From: an uncultured Alphaproteobacteria bacterium
Lineage (GTDB): Bacteria > Pseudomonadota > Alphaproteobacteria > RF32 > CAG-239
Length of the DNA stretch: 60,724 bases
Assembly: GCA_944392865.1 (NCBI GenBank)
Contig: CALXYD010000004.1
Coordinates: 1-60,724 of the forward strand
Direction: 5' to 3'
The notes under the pieces are model-generated. The model was not told the DNA's origin. It searched no databases and was given only the letters and a program-made list of their open reading frames with translations. Position 1 is the stretch's first letter, and every line of letters starts with the position of its first letter. The position numbers and the translations under genes were made by a program. Of this stretch, positions 1 to 11,300 are shown piece after piece.

Positions 1-276
1 ACAACGAAACGAATCGGCAATGCCGTTATCCGCAATAAGAGCCGGCGAAGACTGCGCGCTATTGTCAGGGAAGTTTTACAGACATACGCCTTACCGCAAG
101 TGGATTATGTCTTTATAGCAAGAAACACCACCGCGTCTTGTTGTTTCAAAGAGTTGCGCGGCGATGTGGTTTATGCGATAAAGCGCATCAATAAAAATTT
201 TATACCTCCCCAAAAGGAAGGCGGACAGAACAACGCGCCCCTTTTGCAAGAAAACCTTTCAGCAGAAGGCAATTAA
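1..276 (+). CDS. rnpA: Ribonuclease P protein component, 5'-truncated by the window edge
   Basis: Frame 1 reads [24 protein letters not shown]...DYVFIAR, the RNR motif region. Stop TAA at 274-276. Lies directly upstream of yidD-yidC. Not in the ORF track; translated by hand. Confidence 0.93.
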   Translation, partial: TTKRIGNAVIRNKSRRRLRAIVREVLQTYALPQVDYVFIARNTTASCCFKELRGDVVYAIKRINKNFIPPQKEGGQNNAPLLQENLSAEGN

Positions 277-277
277 A

Positions 278-562
278 ATGTTTTCCGCTTTATACAGGCA
301 AATAAAATCGCTGTTGCTTAAATTCCTATTACTTTATAAAAAATGGATATCGCCAATGTTACCGCATGCTTGCCGCTATGTGCCAACGTGTTCGGAATAT
401 ATGTATCAGGCTATTTCCGAATACGGGATAGTCAAAGGCGGTTGGATGGGCGTTAAAAGGCTGTTGCGGTGTCATCCGTGGGGCGGCTCCGGCTATGATC
501 CCGTCCCTTTGCCTAACAAGGCTTCAGAAAAATCAAATACGCTGAATAAAGACTCGGATTAA
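278..562 (+). CDS. yidD: Membrane protein insertion efficiency factor YidD
   Basis: [10 protein letters not shown] and [17 protein letters not shown] motifs; rnpA-yidD-yidC order. Confidence 0.95.
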   Translation: MFSALYRQIKSLLLKFLLLYKKWISPMLPHACRYVPTCSEYMYQAISEYGIVKGGWMGVKRLLRCHPWGGSGYDPVPLPNKASEKSNTLNKDSD

Positions 563-652
563 CTGCCCTAAATGCTTTACAAACCGGCTTTTTTATATTA
601 GTAATTGGGGAATGTTTGATACAAAAAAAGGACTTTAGGAGATACTATACAA

Positions 653-2335
653 ATGAAAGATGAATTAAAATCGTTGTCTCTGGCAATTCTGTTATCTTTT
701 GTTGCCATTTATACCGTTAATTATTTCTTTGGGACAACGCCAAAGCAGATAGCGCAAAACCAGGCTTCCGCAACAATGCAGGTTGCGGAACAAATGAAGG
801 AACTTTCCTCTCCTGAGCCCCAGCCGGCCAATGAAGTTTTGAAAAGTCCGGAAGACGTTGTCAAAGAGGATAGCCGTATTGCTTTTCAGAACAATGCCGT
901 TTCCGGCTCCATACGCTTACGCGGAAGCCGGTTTGACGATTTATATCTCAAAAAATATGATGTTACATTAGATGAAAACAGCCCCAAAGTTGAGCTACTT
1001 AAGCCGGCGCAGACGGCTAATCAATATTTTGCCGATTTGGGCTGGCTTTCATTGGATAAAAATTTATTGTTACCAGATGCAAACACTCTCTGGACAAGCA
1101 AAGACTCCGACTTAACGGAAAAGAAGCCTATTGTTTTGTTCTGGAATAACGGCAAAGGGCTTTTATTTACGAGAAAAATCTCAATAGATGACAATTATCT
1201 TTTTACGATAACCGATACGGTGGAAAATAATACCGACAAGGAAATAGACCTTTTTCCGTATGCCCTTATCAGCAGAAATATTAAAGATATGGTGCAAACG
1301 CGTTCGGTTGTGCACGAAGGCATGAACGGGGTTGTTGACGGAACGTTGCGCGAATTTACCTTTGCCGACCTGGACAAGGGGGATAGCGAAAGCTTTGAGA
1401 CAAAAGGCGGATGGCTCGGCTTTTCCGACAGATATTGGTTTTCGGCGCTTATTCTCGGCAATGATGACAAAGCAACGGTAAACTTTAAGAATAACGGCAA
1501 CTTTAATTATCAGGTTGATTTTCTCGGAGCAAGGGTAATTATTCCGGCACATCAGGAAAAATCTTATACCTATACCTTATTCTCCGGCGCCAAAGAGGTT
1601 AAATTGTTGGATAAATATACCGAAGAGCGTAATATTCCCAAGTTTGATTTGGCGGTTGATTTCGGTTGGTATTATTTTCTGACTAAACCTTTCTTTTATA
1701 TTCTGGATTATTTATACAGTTTTCTCGGCAATATGGGCTGGGCCATTCTGTTGTTTGCGGCGTTGCTCAGGCTGTTGATGTTCCCGATTGTCAATAAATC
1801 TTATACCAATATGGCCAAAATGAGAGCTATTCAACCTAAGATTATTGATATTCGCGAGAAATACGGCGATAATAAATTGATGATTCAACAGGCAACGCTT
1901 GATTTGTATAAAAAAGAAAAAATCAATCCGGCCGCAGGTTGCTTACCCCTGTTTATTCAAATTCCGATTTTCTTTTCACTCTATAAGGTATTGAATATTG
2001 CCATTGAAATCCGGCATGCACCTTTTATCGGCTGGATAAAAGACTTGTCGGCGCCGGATCCGCTTACGCTTTCGCAAATGCTTCATTTTTATGTGCCCGG
2101 CTTCCTGGATATCGGGTTATGGCCAATCTTTATGGGAATTACAATGTGGATACAGCAAAAGCTTAATCCGGCACCGGTTAATAAAGATCAGGCGATGATG
2201 TTTGCGCTAATGCCGGTATTCTTTACCTTTATGCTTGGGCATTTTGCTTCAGGTCTGGTTATCTACTGGACACTCAGCAATATTTTATCTATTATCCAGC
2301 AAAAGGTTATTCTCTATAAAAACGGAGTGTCGTAA
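653..2335 (+). CDS. yidC: Membrane protein insertase YidC
   Basis: N-terminal TM, large periplasmic domain, DFGWYYFLTKP, GCLPLFIQIPIFFSLY and WIKDLSAPDP motifs, C-terminal TMs; AGGAG RBS upstream. Confidence 0.97.
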   Translation: MKDELKSLSLAILLSFVAIYTVNYFFGTTPKQIAQNQASATMQVAEQMKELSSPEPQPANEVLKSPEDVVKEDSRIAFQNNAVSGSIRLRGSRFDDLYLKKYDVTLDENSPKVELLKPAQTANQYFADLGWLSLDKNLLLPDANTLWTSKDSDLTEKKPIVLFWNNGKGLLFTRKISIDDNYLFTITDTVENNTDKEIDLFPYALISRNIKDMVQTRSVVHEGMNGVVDGTLREFTFADLDKGDSESFETKGGWLGFSDRYWFSALILGNDDKATVNFKNNGNFNYQVDFLGARVIIPAHQEKSYTYTLFSGAKEVKLLDKYTEERNIPKFDLAVDFGWYYFLTKPFFYILDYLYSFLGNMGWAILLFAALLRLLMFPIVNKSYTNMAKMRAIQPKIIDIREKYGDNKLMIQQATLDLYKKEKINPAAGCLPLFIQIPIFFSLYKVLNIAIEIRHAPFIGWIKDLSAPDPLTLSQMLHFYVPGFLDIGLWPIFMGITMWIQQKLNPAPVNKDQAMMFALMPVFFTFMLGHFASGLVIYWTLSNILSIIQQKVILYKNGVS

Positions 2336-2964
2336 TGGCGGAGAATCGAGAAGTATTGTTGAATAGCGGCAAAGAACTTTTTAAGAAGAAATGTTCGTTT
2401 GTTTTGAGTGTTGCGAATTTGAAACAGCTGCCGGACGGAGACAGAGTTGAGGTGGCTTTTGCCGGACGTTCCAATGTTGGAAAATCCAGCTTGCTTAACG
2501 CCCTGTTTGGGCAGAAAAAACTGGCAAAAACATCCTCCACCCCCGGGCGGACGCAACAGTTAAACTACTTTAATTTAGATGATAAAATTTATCTGGTGGA
2601 TTTGCCCGGTTACGGCTTTGCCAAAGCTCCGAAAGATATTGTTAAAAACTGGCAACAGCTCATCAATGCTTATCTTGTCGGACGGGCGACTTTGCGGCGC
2701 GTTTTTTTGCTGATAGATTCCCGGCATGGCATAAAAAAAATTGATGAAGAGATTATGGATATGCTGGATAAAGCGGCCGTTACTTACCAAATTGTCCTGA
2801 CTAAAGCGGATAAAATCAGCGATAAGGCGCTTGAAAAAATCATCAATGAGACCGAAAATAAGATAAAAAGCCATACTGCCGCTTATGTCAGCGTTTTAAA
2901 AACAAGCGCGGAGAAGAATTTATTTATTGACGAGGTTAAAGCTGAAATAGCCTCGTTGCTTTAG
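2335..2964 (+). CDS. engB: Ribosome biogenesis GTPase YihA/EngB
   Basis: G1 GRSNVGKSS, PGRT, G3 DLPGYG, G4 TKAD; follows yidC. Confidence 0.96.
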   Translation: MAENREVLLNSGKELFKKKCSFVLSVANLKQLPDGDRVEVAFAGRSNVGKSSLLNALFGQKKLAKTSSTPGRTQQLNYFNLDDKIYLVDLPGYGFAKAPKDIVKNWQQLINAYLVGRATLRRVFLLIDSRHGIKKIDEEIMDMLDKAAVTYQIVLTKADKISDKALEKIINETENKIKSHTAAYVSVLKTSAEKNLFIDEVKAEIASLL

Positions 2965-3941
2965 GTTATTTCGGTTATACCGCGAATATTGCCATCGCGG
3001 ACAATCTGGACGACGTGCAGTTTACGGCGCATTTCCTCTATTGTTTTTTCCACATCTATATGCGGCTGGGTGCGCATTATACGTTTGACAAATGCTTCAT
3101 ACGCTGCCGTTGAACTTTCTGCGTGGATGGTTGCCAAGCAATTATCGTGTCCCGAGCCCATCAGCTCCCAAATTGCACCGGCGTTACTGGTTGAAATTTC
3201 ACCGCCGATAATTGCATCCGGCGTAAAACGCACAATCAAGTCAATAACTTTAGAGTAGTCCATACTGTTGGTTTGCTCCGTTCGGGACAACACGATGTGG
3301 ACGTGATTAGGCTGGGGGACATTTAATTCACGCGTATCTTCAACGGTTATGACCCGTTTATGAATATCCAGCAACTTTAACAGATTATTCAGCAGCGTTG
3401 TTTTACCGGTACCGGTACCACCGCTTACCAAAATATGGTCACCGCGGCGTAAGGCCAACAACAGGCGTTCATACGCATCATCCGGGTCTTTGATGTTTTT
3501 CAGCGGGTTTATTTCTTTTAATTTTTTCCCCTGCTCCAAACCATAATCGCCAAAACCAAAAGCTACGTCGTCGGTATGAAGACGGATGGTAATGGCGACA
3601 CCGCCGGTGGCGGAATCGTCCAAGTCGTATTCAATATTTTTGCCGGCGACTCCGGTAAAACGATGTCCGCCGGGGATACGGGCATAAACAACCGGTGAAC
3701 CGTTTATCGGGTCAAATTCCTGATCGTTCAGATTGGCTATAATATGAAGCAAATTTATCAGATATTCCCGGCTTAATTTCGGGTCTTTGTAATTTACCCA
3801 GGGGAAAGCCCTTTTGCCACGCAGACGAAGCCAAATATCGCCCGGATGGTTGATGGCGACTTCTTCAATATTTTCCTGTTCGTACCAATAGGCCAGCGGT
3901 CTTAAAACAGAACAAAGAACTTCGTCTTCCAACTTTCCCAT
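2961..3941 (-). CDS. virB11: VirB11-family type IV secretion ATPase
   Basis: Walker A GGTGTGKTT, Asp box EDTRE, Walker B-like PDAIIGGE, His box GH..LATIHA, N-terminal EEVAINHPG; directly downstream of virB10. Confidence 0.9.
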   Translation of the reverse strand: MGKLEDEVLCSVLRPLAYWYEQENIEEVAINHPGDIWLRLRGKRAFPWVNYKDPKLSREYLINLLHIIANLNDQEFDPINGSPVVYARIPGGHRFTGVAGKNIEYDLDDSATGGVAITIRLHTDDVAFGFGDYGLEQGKKLKEINPLKNIKDPDDAYERLLLALRRGDHILVSGGTGTGKTTLLNNLLKLLDIHKRVITVEDTRELNVPQPNHVHIVLSRTEQTNSMDYSKVIDLIVRFTPDAIIGGEISTSNAGAIWELMGSGHDNCLATIHAESSTAAYEAFVKRIMRTQPHIDVEKTIEEMRRKLHVVQIVRDGNIRGITEIT

Positions 3942-3972
3942 AATCTTATCCTCAAAAATATTTTACTTCTAT

Positions 3973-4001
3973 ATTTTAGCATAAGTTAACATTTCAGTCA
4001 A
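3973..4001 (-). promoter_or_regulatory. Putative sigma70-type promoter of virB11
   Basis: Minus strand TTGACT-N17-TAAAAT with extended -10 TG, in the virB10-virB11 gap. A one-mismatch CtrA-like box (TTTA-N7-TTAAC, 3975-3990) overlaps it. Confidence 0.65.
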
Positions 4002-4013
4002 GTTACTGTTTGG

Positions 4014-7000
4014 TTAGTATAACGGCGGTATTCCTTCCACTTCTTCCGATAATTCATCCTCGCTCGGTGGAACACCGGTTATTGAGCCATCGGCTGCCGG
4101 CGGAGGAAGCGCGCCTGTGTTATTTTGGCCTGTATTTCTCCGTTGATTATTATTTTGCGGTTCTTCGCTTATTAGCGGAGTTCCACCACCGCCACTGTTA
4201 TCTTGATTAGAAGTTCCTCGGTTACTCTGGCCTCCAAGAATAACTTTCCTGCTACCACCACCATTATTGCTCTCAACAGTTGATGTAGTGGTTGTTCCTG
4301 TTCCACCGCCAACGACTTCTTCTGTAACTAATCCGCCCTGTCCGGAGCTTGGAATATCCGTCGCAACGCCTCTTTCAATATCTTTGGTGCTTCTTAGCCA
4401 CAAATCTCGCATCGGATATATGATAATTCTGGTACCTGCCGGAATATACGTTACGGATTGAATTTGCGATTTGCTGTCAATAATCTGTTGCAGTATCTGA
4501 TCCATTTTATCCATAAACTGTTGACGCGCATCAGAAGCCGCTTGTTGTTTTGAATTTTCAACTTCTCCCGTGCTTTCTTCATCAACAGCCATCATATAGG
4601 TAATGGCTGAGCTTGCCAGAGTTCCGACAATCGGCAATGTATATTTTTTAACTAACTGTTCATCAACATAACCAAGCGCGCCGCCGCCCCGTCCTTGCGC
4701 ATCGCCAGTTTGTGATGTTCCGGCATCCAAAATAAAAGCTATGCCATCCGGACGGATAATTCTCGACCAGGCGATTTCAAGTTTCACGCCACCGCTGGTA
4801 CTATCAAACCGATCTTCACCGTCAATGTCTTGCAAACCGCCAATAATACGGCTTCCGGCAGGTATAATTACATTTCTCCCCGTATCACCGTATATATTCC
4901 GTTCAACAATCGCTGTAACCGGAGCAGAACCAAAGGAAATCAGCGAACGCGCCATTACGGCAGGAATCGGTTTATCCGCAGTAATCATATTGTCCATATT
5001 TACACGCAAAGTTGAAACGGCGCGGGGAATACCCCAATCATCCTGCCAGCCGGTATAAGAGGCAGCGTTAAAGCCCGGTGTAACAACTGCCGCGGCCATT
5101 GTTTGACGACGCTCATTTTGCAGCTGAGCCAAAATTGCAGCGCGTTGCGGATTATATCTGCCACCAGGTCCGATACCTCCGCCCGGTCCGACAAAGGTTG
5201 CTTCATCTGTATTATCATAAGGATTTATTGTTGTGTTCCTAACCACCGCATCAATCCACCTAGCCCTAGTATTGGCTCCTAGCGTATCCTGAACTTGAGG
5301 TTTTTGTAATTGCCCGACAGTATTTCCATCGTTATCAATAACTTCCCCGTTTTCATTTACACGACCGATAGTTTCCCCGTTATCGTCTACAACTGTATTA
5401 TCGCCCAGAACATCGCCGATAATGTTTCCGCCCGGCGTTACGGCTATGCCAAGAAATCCCCTATTTCTTCTCTGTTCAATCAACGCCTCATCTTCCGGCG
5501 TTTCCTCTGGCGCATCGGCCGCACTTTCAATCTCTTCGTTTTCATTTATCATTTCCGTGGCAGCCGGTTGGTCATCAGATGAGCTTTCTTCATTATTTTG
5601 GTTTTTATTATCGCCTGTTTTTTCCTCGTTTTCTTTTTCTCTATCTGATTCTGACTGTTCATCCTCATCTTCCGGCTCAGCAGGGCGTTGATAATATTGC
5701 AGGCGTTCCGCTTTGGCTATGATATTCCCGCCGGCATTTTTTATATCGCCGTTAGGTTGCAGCTGTCCGACCTCAATGTTTTTGACATCTAAAACAGATC
5801 CGTCCAGTTTAAGGTGGCCGATAATCTCATGCGCGGCATTTCTTATTTCATAATCCCGGGCGCCTCGTCCGATTAAATTTTGTTTTTTATCAACAACGAA
5901 TCCATTGTAGATTGTTCCTTTCATCTCGCCCATAATGCTATAAACACGTCCGTTTTTCGCAATATAGCCGATGGTTTTTCCATCGTTGTCATATACATAT
6001 AAGTCATACAAAGCAAAGCCGTTTTTACTTCCCTTTATAACAACTTCGCCATTATATTGGACGATACCCAAGATTTCGCCGGCATCCGAAACGACTCTTC
6101 CGTCCGGTTTAACCCGCCCGAGATACACGTTATTACTGTCAAAGGCTACCGTATATTTAAACGGGACGCCAACATTTTCTCCGTTTTTAGCAAGAATACT
6201 GCCGTCAATATCACGAACGGCAATTTGCACACCGGAATTATCAACAACGTTACCATAGAAATCCGTATAACCGATAATTTTATTATTAAATCCCATAATC
6301 GGCGTATATGATATTGTCTGGCCGACAATTTCTTTTTGAGGGTTGCGTACCAGACCATCGGCACCTACACACCCCATATTTTGATTAGAATAGTTTAGGA
6401 CATTTCCCAGCGGGCCAGATATACCGAGCATCTCTCCTTTTTTACCGCTAACTGCCTGAGGAACAACAATATGGCCGATTACATTTTCAGTTTCATTCAT
6501 TATCTGCCCATTAGTTAAGACCATCCCCAGGTATGCACCGGCGGATGTTCTGGCTTCACCAGAATCAGAAACGACGCCTAAAAACTTACATTCCGGCGAG
6601 ACTACGGCACCGAGAGGCGCGGCACCGCCGTATAGTGCACCCATATTGTCCAGAGCGTTGCCATTAGAACTTATTTTGCCGATATTTTCCGTTCCATCGA
6701 CAATTTTTCCATCCAAAAGATTATAGCCGAGATAATCGCCGTTAATACTTACGCTGACAGGGGAAGCACCTGCTCGTCCGTATATTTCCGTATTTTTTCC
6801 TGACAGCCCTACGGCGTTACCGTCCGGCAAAATTTTAGCGATTTTCTGATCCCGCATATTGACCACTTGATAAACCGGCGTAACGAATCCCAATGTTGCC
6901 CCTTCAAAATTGGTAACATACTTGTCTTCAATAACTTTTCCCAGCAGCTTATTATTTTTATCTAAGAACATACCGGATCCGGTTAACTTGGCAATTTCAT

Positions 7001-8387
7001 TTAAGGAAGAATTTTCCGTTTGTCCGTTTCCGGTGGTGTATGACAGCATATTCCCTTCGGCTGAAAATATATGCCCCAAGGGATAGTTTCTGCCATTTAA
7101 ATTTCCGGTTTCATCATAGACATAGCCATACGGCGATGTTTTATAAACTTTTCCATTAAACGGGAGTATGGAATTTATACCGCTAACTCCGATAAATTCA
7201 TTAGAGTTGTTAAAATTCAGACGCGCATCCATTATCCGTCCCAACTGGTTGCCATTGGTATCAAAAGCACTCTTTTGTACCATTTGCCCCAAATCAACCC
7301 CTTCCAATGATACAACCCGTCCGCCTACGGCTGCATTTGCTTTAAGCTCGCCTAAATAATCAAAAACCGGACCTTCGGCATTTATAACACCGACAACTTC
7401 GCCTTTTTCATTGACGACATTGCCGGAGGCTCCGATTTTTCCTACGATGTTCCTTCCGCGAGCAATCTCTCCTTTTGCCGTAATCCGGCCTAAGTATTTT
7501 CCTTCCAATGTATTGGCCGTAGCAGACAGACTTACGGTAAAACCGATAACCTTGCCATCTTTATTTATAACGCGTCCGCCATTAACGGCGCGGGCAATAG
7601 TCGCCCCTTTATCGGTAACTTCTCCGTTATAACTGACAACGCCAATATATTTTCCATCAAGATTAAAGGCATAGCCGCTCTCTGCCACCTGCCCGATGAT
7701 TTTTCCATCGGCAGCATAGACGAATCCGTTGGCGTGAATATTTCCGACTGTTTTTTTATTTACATCAATGACTTTTCCGTCCGGGGCAATACTGCCCAAG
7801 AATTTGCCGGTTGACGAAACAACGATTTTAGAAGTAATCAGTCTGCCTGCCAATGCGACTTTACGGTCAGTTCCAGCGGTAAAGACATAGCCGGAAGCGG
7901 TTACATATCCCGTATTCTCGCCGACTAAATTATAAAACCGTCCGTCACCGGATACTCTGCCGGTAATCTGCCCGGCATCGTCATAAACAAGCCCCGGAGA
8001 AACAACAGCGCCCAGAATATCATAGTTATCATTTACGACCAAGCCGTTCGGCAAAACTTTTCCTACCAACGTATCATTTACGGCCGTTACGGAACCGTCA
8101 TTGCTGACTTTACCCAAAATGCTGTTATTATAGGAAATCGCAACGCCCTGAGGCACAACGCCGCCAATGATATTTTTCTCATCGTTATAAACAAAGCCGT
8201 CTGCGGTTATATGGCCAATTAATTCATTGTCAAAATTGATAACCGTGCCGTCGGGAATAACCTTTCCGATTAAATCGCCGTTAAAATTAAGCGCGCTCAT
8301 ATCGGCGGCGATTGCTCTGGCGGCAATCCCCATCAAAACGATTAAGCTTGTGATAAATCTGCTTAATTTTAACTTGTTAATGTGCAA
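4014..8387 (-). CDS. virB10: Giant VirB10/TrbI-domain protein with ~900-aa N-terminal beta-hairpin repeat region
   Basis: C-terminal TrbI motifs (IPAVMARSL, VERNIYGDTGRNVIIPAGSRIIG, IAWSRIIRPDG, DAQGRGG..GYVD, IPAGTRIIIYPMRDL). N-terminal signal-like peptide, GxVxxxxGxxIG repeats and an acidic linker. TTG start with GGAGG RBS. Confidence 0.9.
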   Translation of the reverse strand: MHINKLKLSRFITSLIVLMGIAARAIAADMSALNFNGDLIGKVIPDGTVINFDNELIGHITADGFVYNDEKNIIGGVVPQGVAISYNNSILGKVSNDGSVTAVNDTLVGKVLPNGLVVNDNYDILGAVVSPGLVYDDAGQITGRVSGDGRFYNLVGENTGYVTASGYVFTAGTDRKVALAGRLITSKIVVSSTGKFLGSIAPDGKVIDVNKKTVGNIHANGFVYAADGKIIGQVAESGYAFNLDGKYIGVVSYNGEVTDKGATIARAVNGGRVINKDGKVIGFTVSLSATANTLEGKYLGRITAKGEIARGRNIVGKIGASGNVVNEKGEVVGVINAEGPVFDYLGELKANAAVGGRVVSLEGVDLGQMVQKSAFDTNGNQLGRIMDARLNFNNSNEFIGVSGINSILPFNGKVYKTSPYGYVYDETGNLNGRNYPLGHIFSAEGNMLSYTTGNGQTENSSLNEIAKLTGSGMFLDKNNKLLGKVIEDKYVTNFEGATLGFVTPVYQVVNMRDQKIAKILPDGNAVGLSGKNTEIYGRAGASPVSVSINGDYLGYNLLDGKIVDGTENIGKISSNGNALDNMGALYGGAAPLGAVVSPECKFLGVVSDSGEARTSAGAYLGMVLTNGQIMNETENVIGHIVVPQAVSGKKGEMLGISGPLGNVLNYSNQNMGCVGADGLVRNPQKEIVGQTISYTPIMGFNNKIIGYTDFYGNVVDNSGVQIAVRDIDGSILAKNGENVGVPFKYTVAFDSNNVYLGRVKPDGRVVSDAGEILGIVQYNGEVVIKGSKNGFALYDLYVYDNDGKTIGYIAKNGRVYSIMGEMKGTIYNGFVVDKKQNLIGRGARDYEIRNAAHEIIGHLKLDGSVLDVKNIEVGQLQPNGDIKNAGGNIIAKAERLQYYQRPAEPEDEDEQSESDREKENEEKTGDNKNQNNEESSSDDQPAATEMINENEEIESAADAPEETPEDEALIEQRRNRGFLGIAVTPGGNIIGDVLGDNTVVDDNGETIGRVNENGEVIDNDGNTVGQLQKPQVQDTLGANTRARWIDAVVRNTTINPYDNTDEATFVGPGGGIGPGGRYNPQRAAILAQLQNERRQTMAAAVVTPGFNAASYTGWQDDWGIPRAVSTLRVNMDNMITADKPIPAVMARSLISFGSAPVTAIVERNIYGDTGRNVIIPAGSRIIGGLQDIDGEDRFDSTSGGVKLEIAWSRIIRPDGIAFILDAGTSQTGDAQGRGGGALGYVDEQLVKKYTLPIVGTLASSAITYMMAVDEESTGEVENSKQQAASDARQQFMDKMDQILQQIIDSKSQIQSVTYIPAGTRIIIYPMRDLWLRSTKDIERGVATDIPSSGQGGLVTEEVVGGGTGTTTTSTVESNNGGGSRKVILGGQSNRGTSNQDNSGGGGTPLISEEPQNNNQRRNTGQNNTGALPPPAADGSITGVPPSEDELSEEVEGIPPLY

Positions 8388-8388
8388 A

Positions 8389-11300
8389 TCAGTTCCTCCG
8401 ATTTTGAGCGACTTCGTCTAACACATATCCAGCCACCTGGTTTTTACCGTTCACATACGAACCGTTACTTTTCAGATAGCCTATCCGGCCGTTAGTCAGG
8501 CTAAGGACACGGCCGTCAGGAGCCAAGCGCCCAAAATATTTCCCGTCATTTCCCAGTATATTAGCACCTATTTTATAGGTATGTCCCATAATTTTTCCAT
8601 TGTTATCTACAACTAAATTAGAAGAAATAACTTTACCAATAACGGAATGCTCAAAGTTCAGGGCTTTTCCTTCAGCATTTATATAACCGATGACTTTATC
8701 TTCATCGCTAATGATGATATCTCCTTCAATGATTTCGCCTATCAACACACCTTTATTATTGACGGCTTGCCCTGTGCTCAAAATTCGGCCAATCGGCTGG
8801 TTGTCGGTGGATATAATGCTACCATCCGGTGCAACCTGCCCAATGACGTGTCCGGAATAATTCAAGATAACACCTCTTTTTAAGACGCTGTAATTTTTAT
8901 TAGATGCGCCTCCCGGCAAAACCGTCGTCTCTATTTTATCATCAATTCCGATAATATCGCCCAGAGCATTGAGATACCCTTTTACATTTCCCTGCACGTC
9001 AATAACAATATTTTCCTCAATGACTTCGCCGACCAATTGCTTATTTTTATTCAATACATGGCCATCAGCGCCGACATAACCGCTCAAATTGCCGTCGACA
9101 TCAATAACCGTTCCTTTTTTGCTGACATAACCTAAATACGAACCATCATAGCCAATTCCTACCCCCGTGCGGACTATTCCCCCTTTGTAGTTTCCTTTTT
9201 CATCAAACATCCGCCCTTTGGCATCAATTTGCCCGAGCTCCGTTCCTAAAACGTCTATCACTTTGCCATTATCATTAACCAAGCCGATATAATTTCCGTT
9301 CATATCAACGACATTTCCTTTGGGTAGCAGCCGACCGGTTTTGCGTGCATAAAATCCGCTTCCGTCATAGACGAATTTATCTACGGCAATTCCCTGCTGA
9401 TTATAGACATATCCGTCCGCAAACATGTGCCCAATAACCTTGCCATTGGCGTCTACGATAATGTTCTTTTCCGGCAGCAGAACACCTTTGATTTCCTTTT
9501 TGGGATTTACCAACAAGCTACCCAACAATATTTTTGTATTCGGAATTACCGCCGTGCTGTCATAACCAAAAGGCGACAGGTTATTAACAAACTCTCCCTC
9601 CAGCGTATAGGCCTGAGTTTTATCAACAACTTCACCAATGATAAAGCCGTCTTTATTCAGGATTTCCCCTTCAAAATTAGCACATCCGACGGCTGTATTG
9701 CCAGATTTGACAATACCGTCATTACCGACAATGCCCATCATCTCTCCGTTATAGTATAGTGCATACGCCGGTTCATGAACTTTTCCGACAACTTTGCCGT
9801 CCGGGTTCAGAACACTGCCATCCGGATTGACGCACCCCACATATCCTCCGTCATTGTTGCGAACATATCCGTCTTGTCCGGCTTTGCCGATGATGTTACA
9901 CTTTTCATCTCTTACCCAGCCGATTTTAGCAATATCACCAGCATAGTCGCCGTTGCTGTCAACGATACTGCGGTCAAAGAGCATACGATATTCGGTATTT
10001 TGACCGTCTTTCTTTACTCTGGCATCTCTATCCACATAACCTAATTGTTTACAGCCCCACCCGACGGCAAGTCCGCCGATAACCGTTTTTCCGATAATAT
10101 TATCGCCTTCAGCGGTGCGTATTAAAGATGACGGCAGCACCTTTCCGATAACTTCGTTTTTGTTGTTTACCACTTCCCCTCGGTTATTTATGGCTCCCAG
10201 GCTATATCCGTTCGGCGACATCGGTATCATATCTTTCTTTATGACAGCGCCGATTTTTATACCTCGTGAAGTGATAACATTGCCTTCTTCGTCCAGATAA
10301 CCAATTACTAAACCATCCGCATTATAAACTTTTCCATCAGCCCCGACATAACCGATAACATTGCCGTTTTCGTCAACAGCAAGGTTGGCATATCCGCCGA
10401 CAGTTCCGACCACCCGGCCATTTTCATCTATCGTAAATTCCGTATAATCCCCGATGCGTCCGATAATATTGCCGTTTGCGTCTTTTATGGTTCCGTCTTC
10501 CTGCAGTTTGCCGATAACCTTGCCATTTAAATCATAGGCGATACCATTTTCATCGACATAACCAATCACATTTCCATTTTCATCCAGAATTGCCCGGCGG
10601 CGGACAACTTGCAAATTGCCATCGCCATCTTCGGCAAGACGTCCGATTACCTCGCCATCTGTTCCGTAAACAGTGCCGTCAGCCGCAACGAATCCTATTG
10701 TTTTTCCATCGTTACCGATAACCCGACCCTTGTCGTCTACATAGCCGATAATATTTCCGTTTTCATCTACGACAACTTTTGCCATATCTCCGGCCTTGCC
10801 GATGATATTGCCGTCTTTATCGTGTATCGTGCCATCTTCCCCGAGATAACCGATTAAATTCCCGTTGAAATCCCTGACCGTGCCATCGTCATCTATGTAG
10901 CCGATAACATTACCGTTTTCATCCAGCGCCAACCTCTTTTTTATGTCGGCTTTGCCCAAAACTTCTCCGGTCAAACCAACGATATTGCCATTCTCATCAA
11001 CAAAACCCAAAAGTTCGCCGTTCTCTTTATAAACATTTCCGTCTTCGCCGATATAGCCGATAACATTGCCATTTTCATCTACCGCAAGTTCAGCCATTTT
11101 TCCCACTTTGCCGATGACACGCCCATATTGGTCGGTTATTGTTCCGTCCGGATTGGCTTTACCGATGATATTGCCGTTAAAGTCCCGCACATTTCCGTCT
11201 TCATCAACATAGCCGATAACGTTACCGTCTTTGTCGTATGCCAGCCGGCCGACTTTTCCGGCCGTTCCGATTATCTCTCCCGTGTTGTTCAGAATATTGC

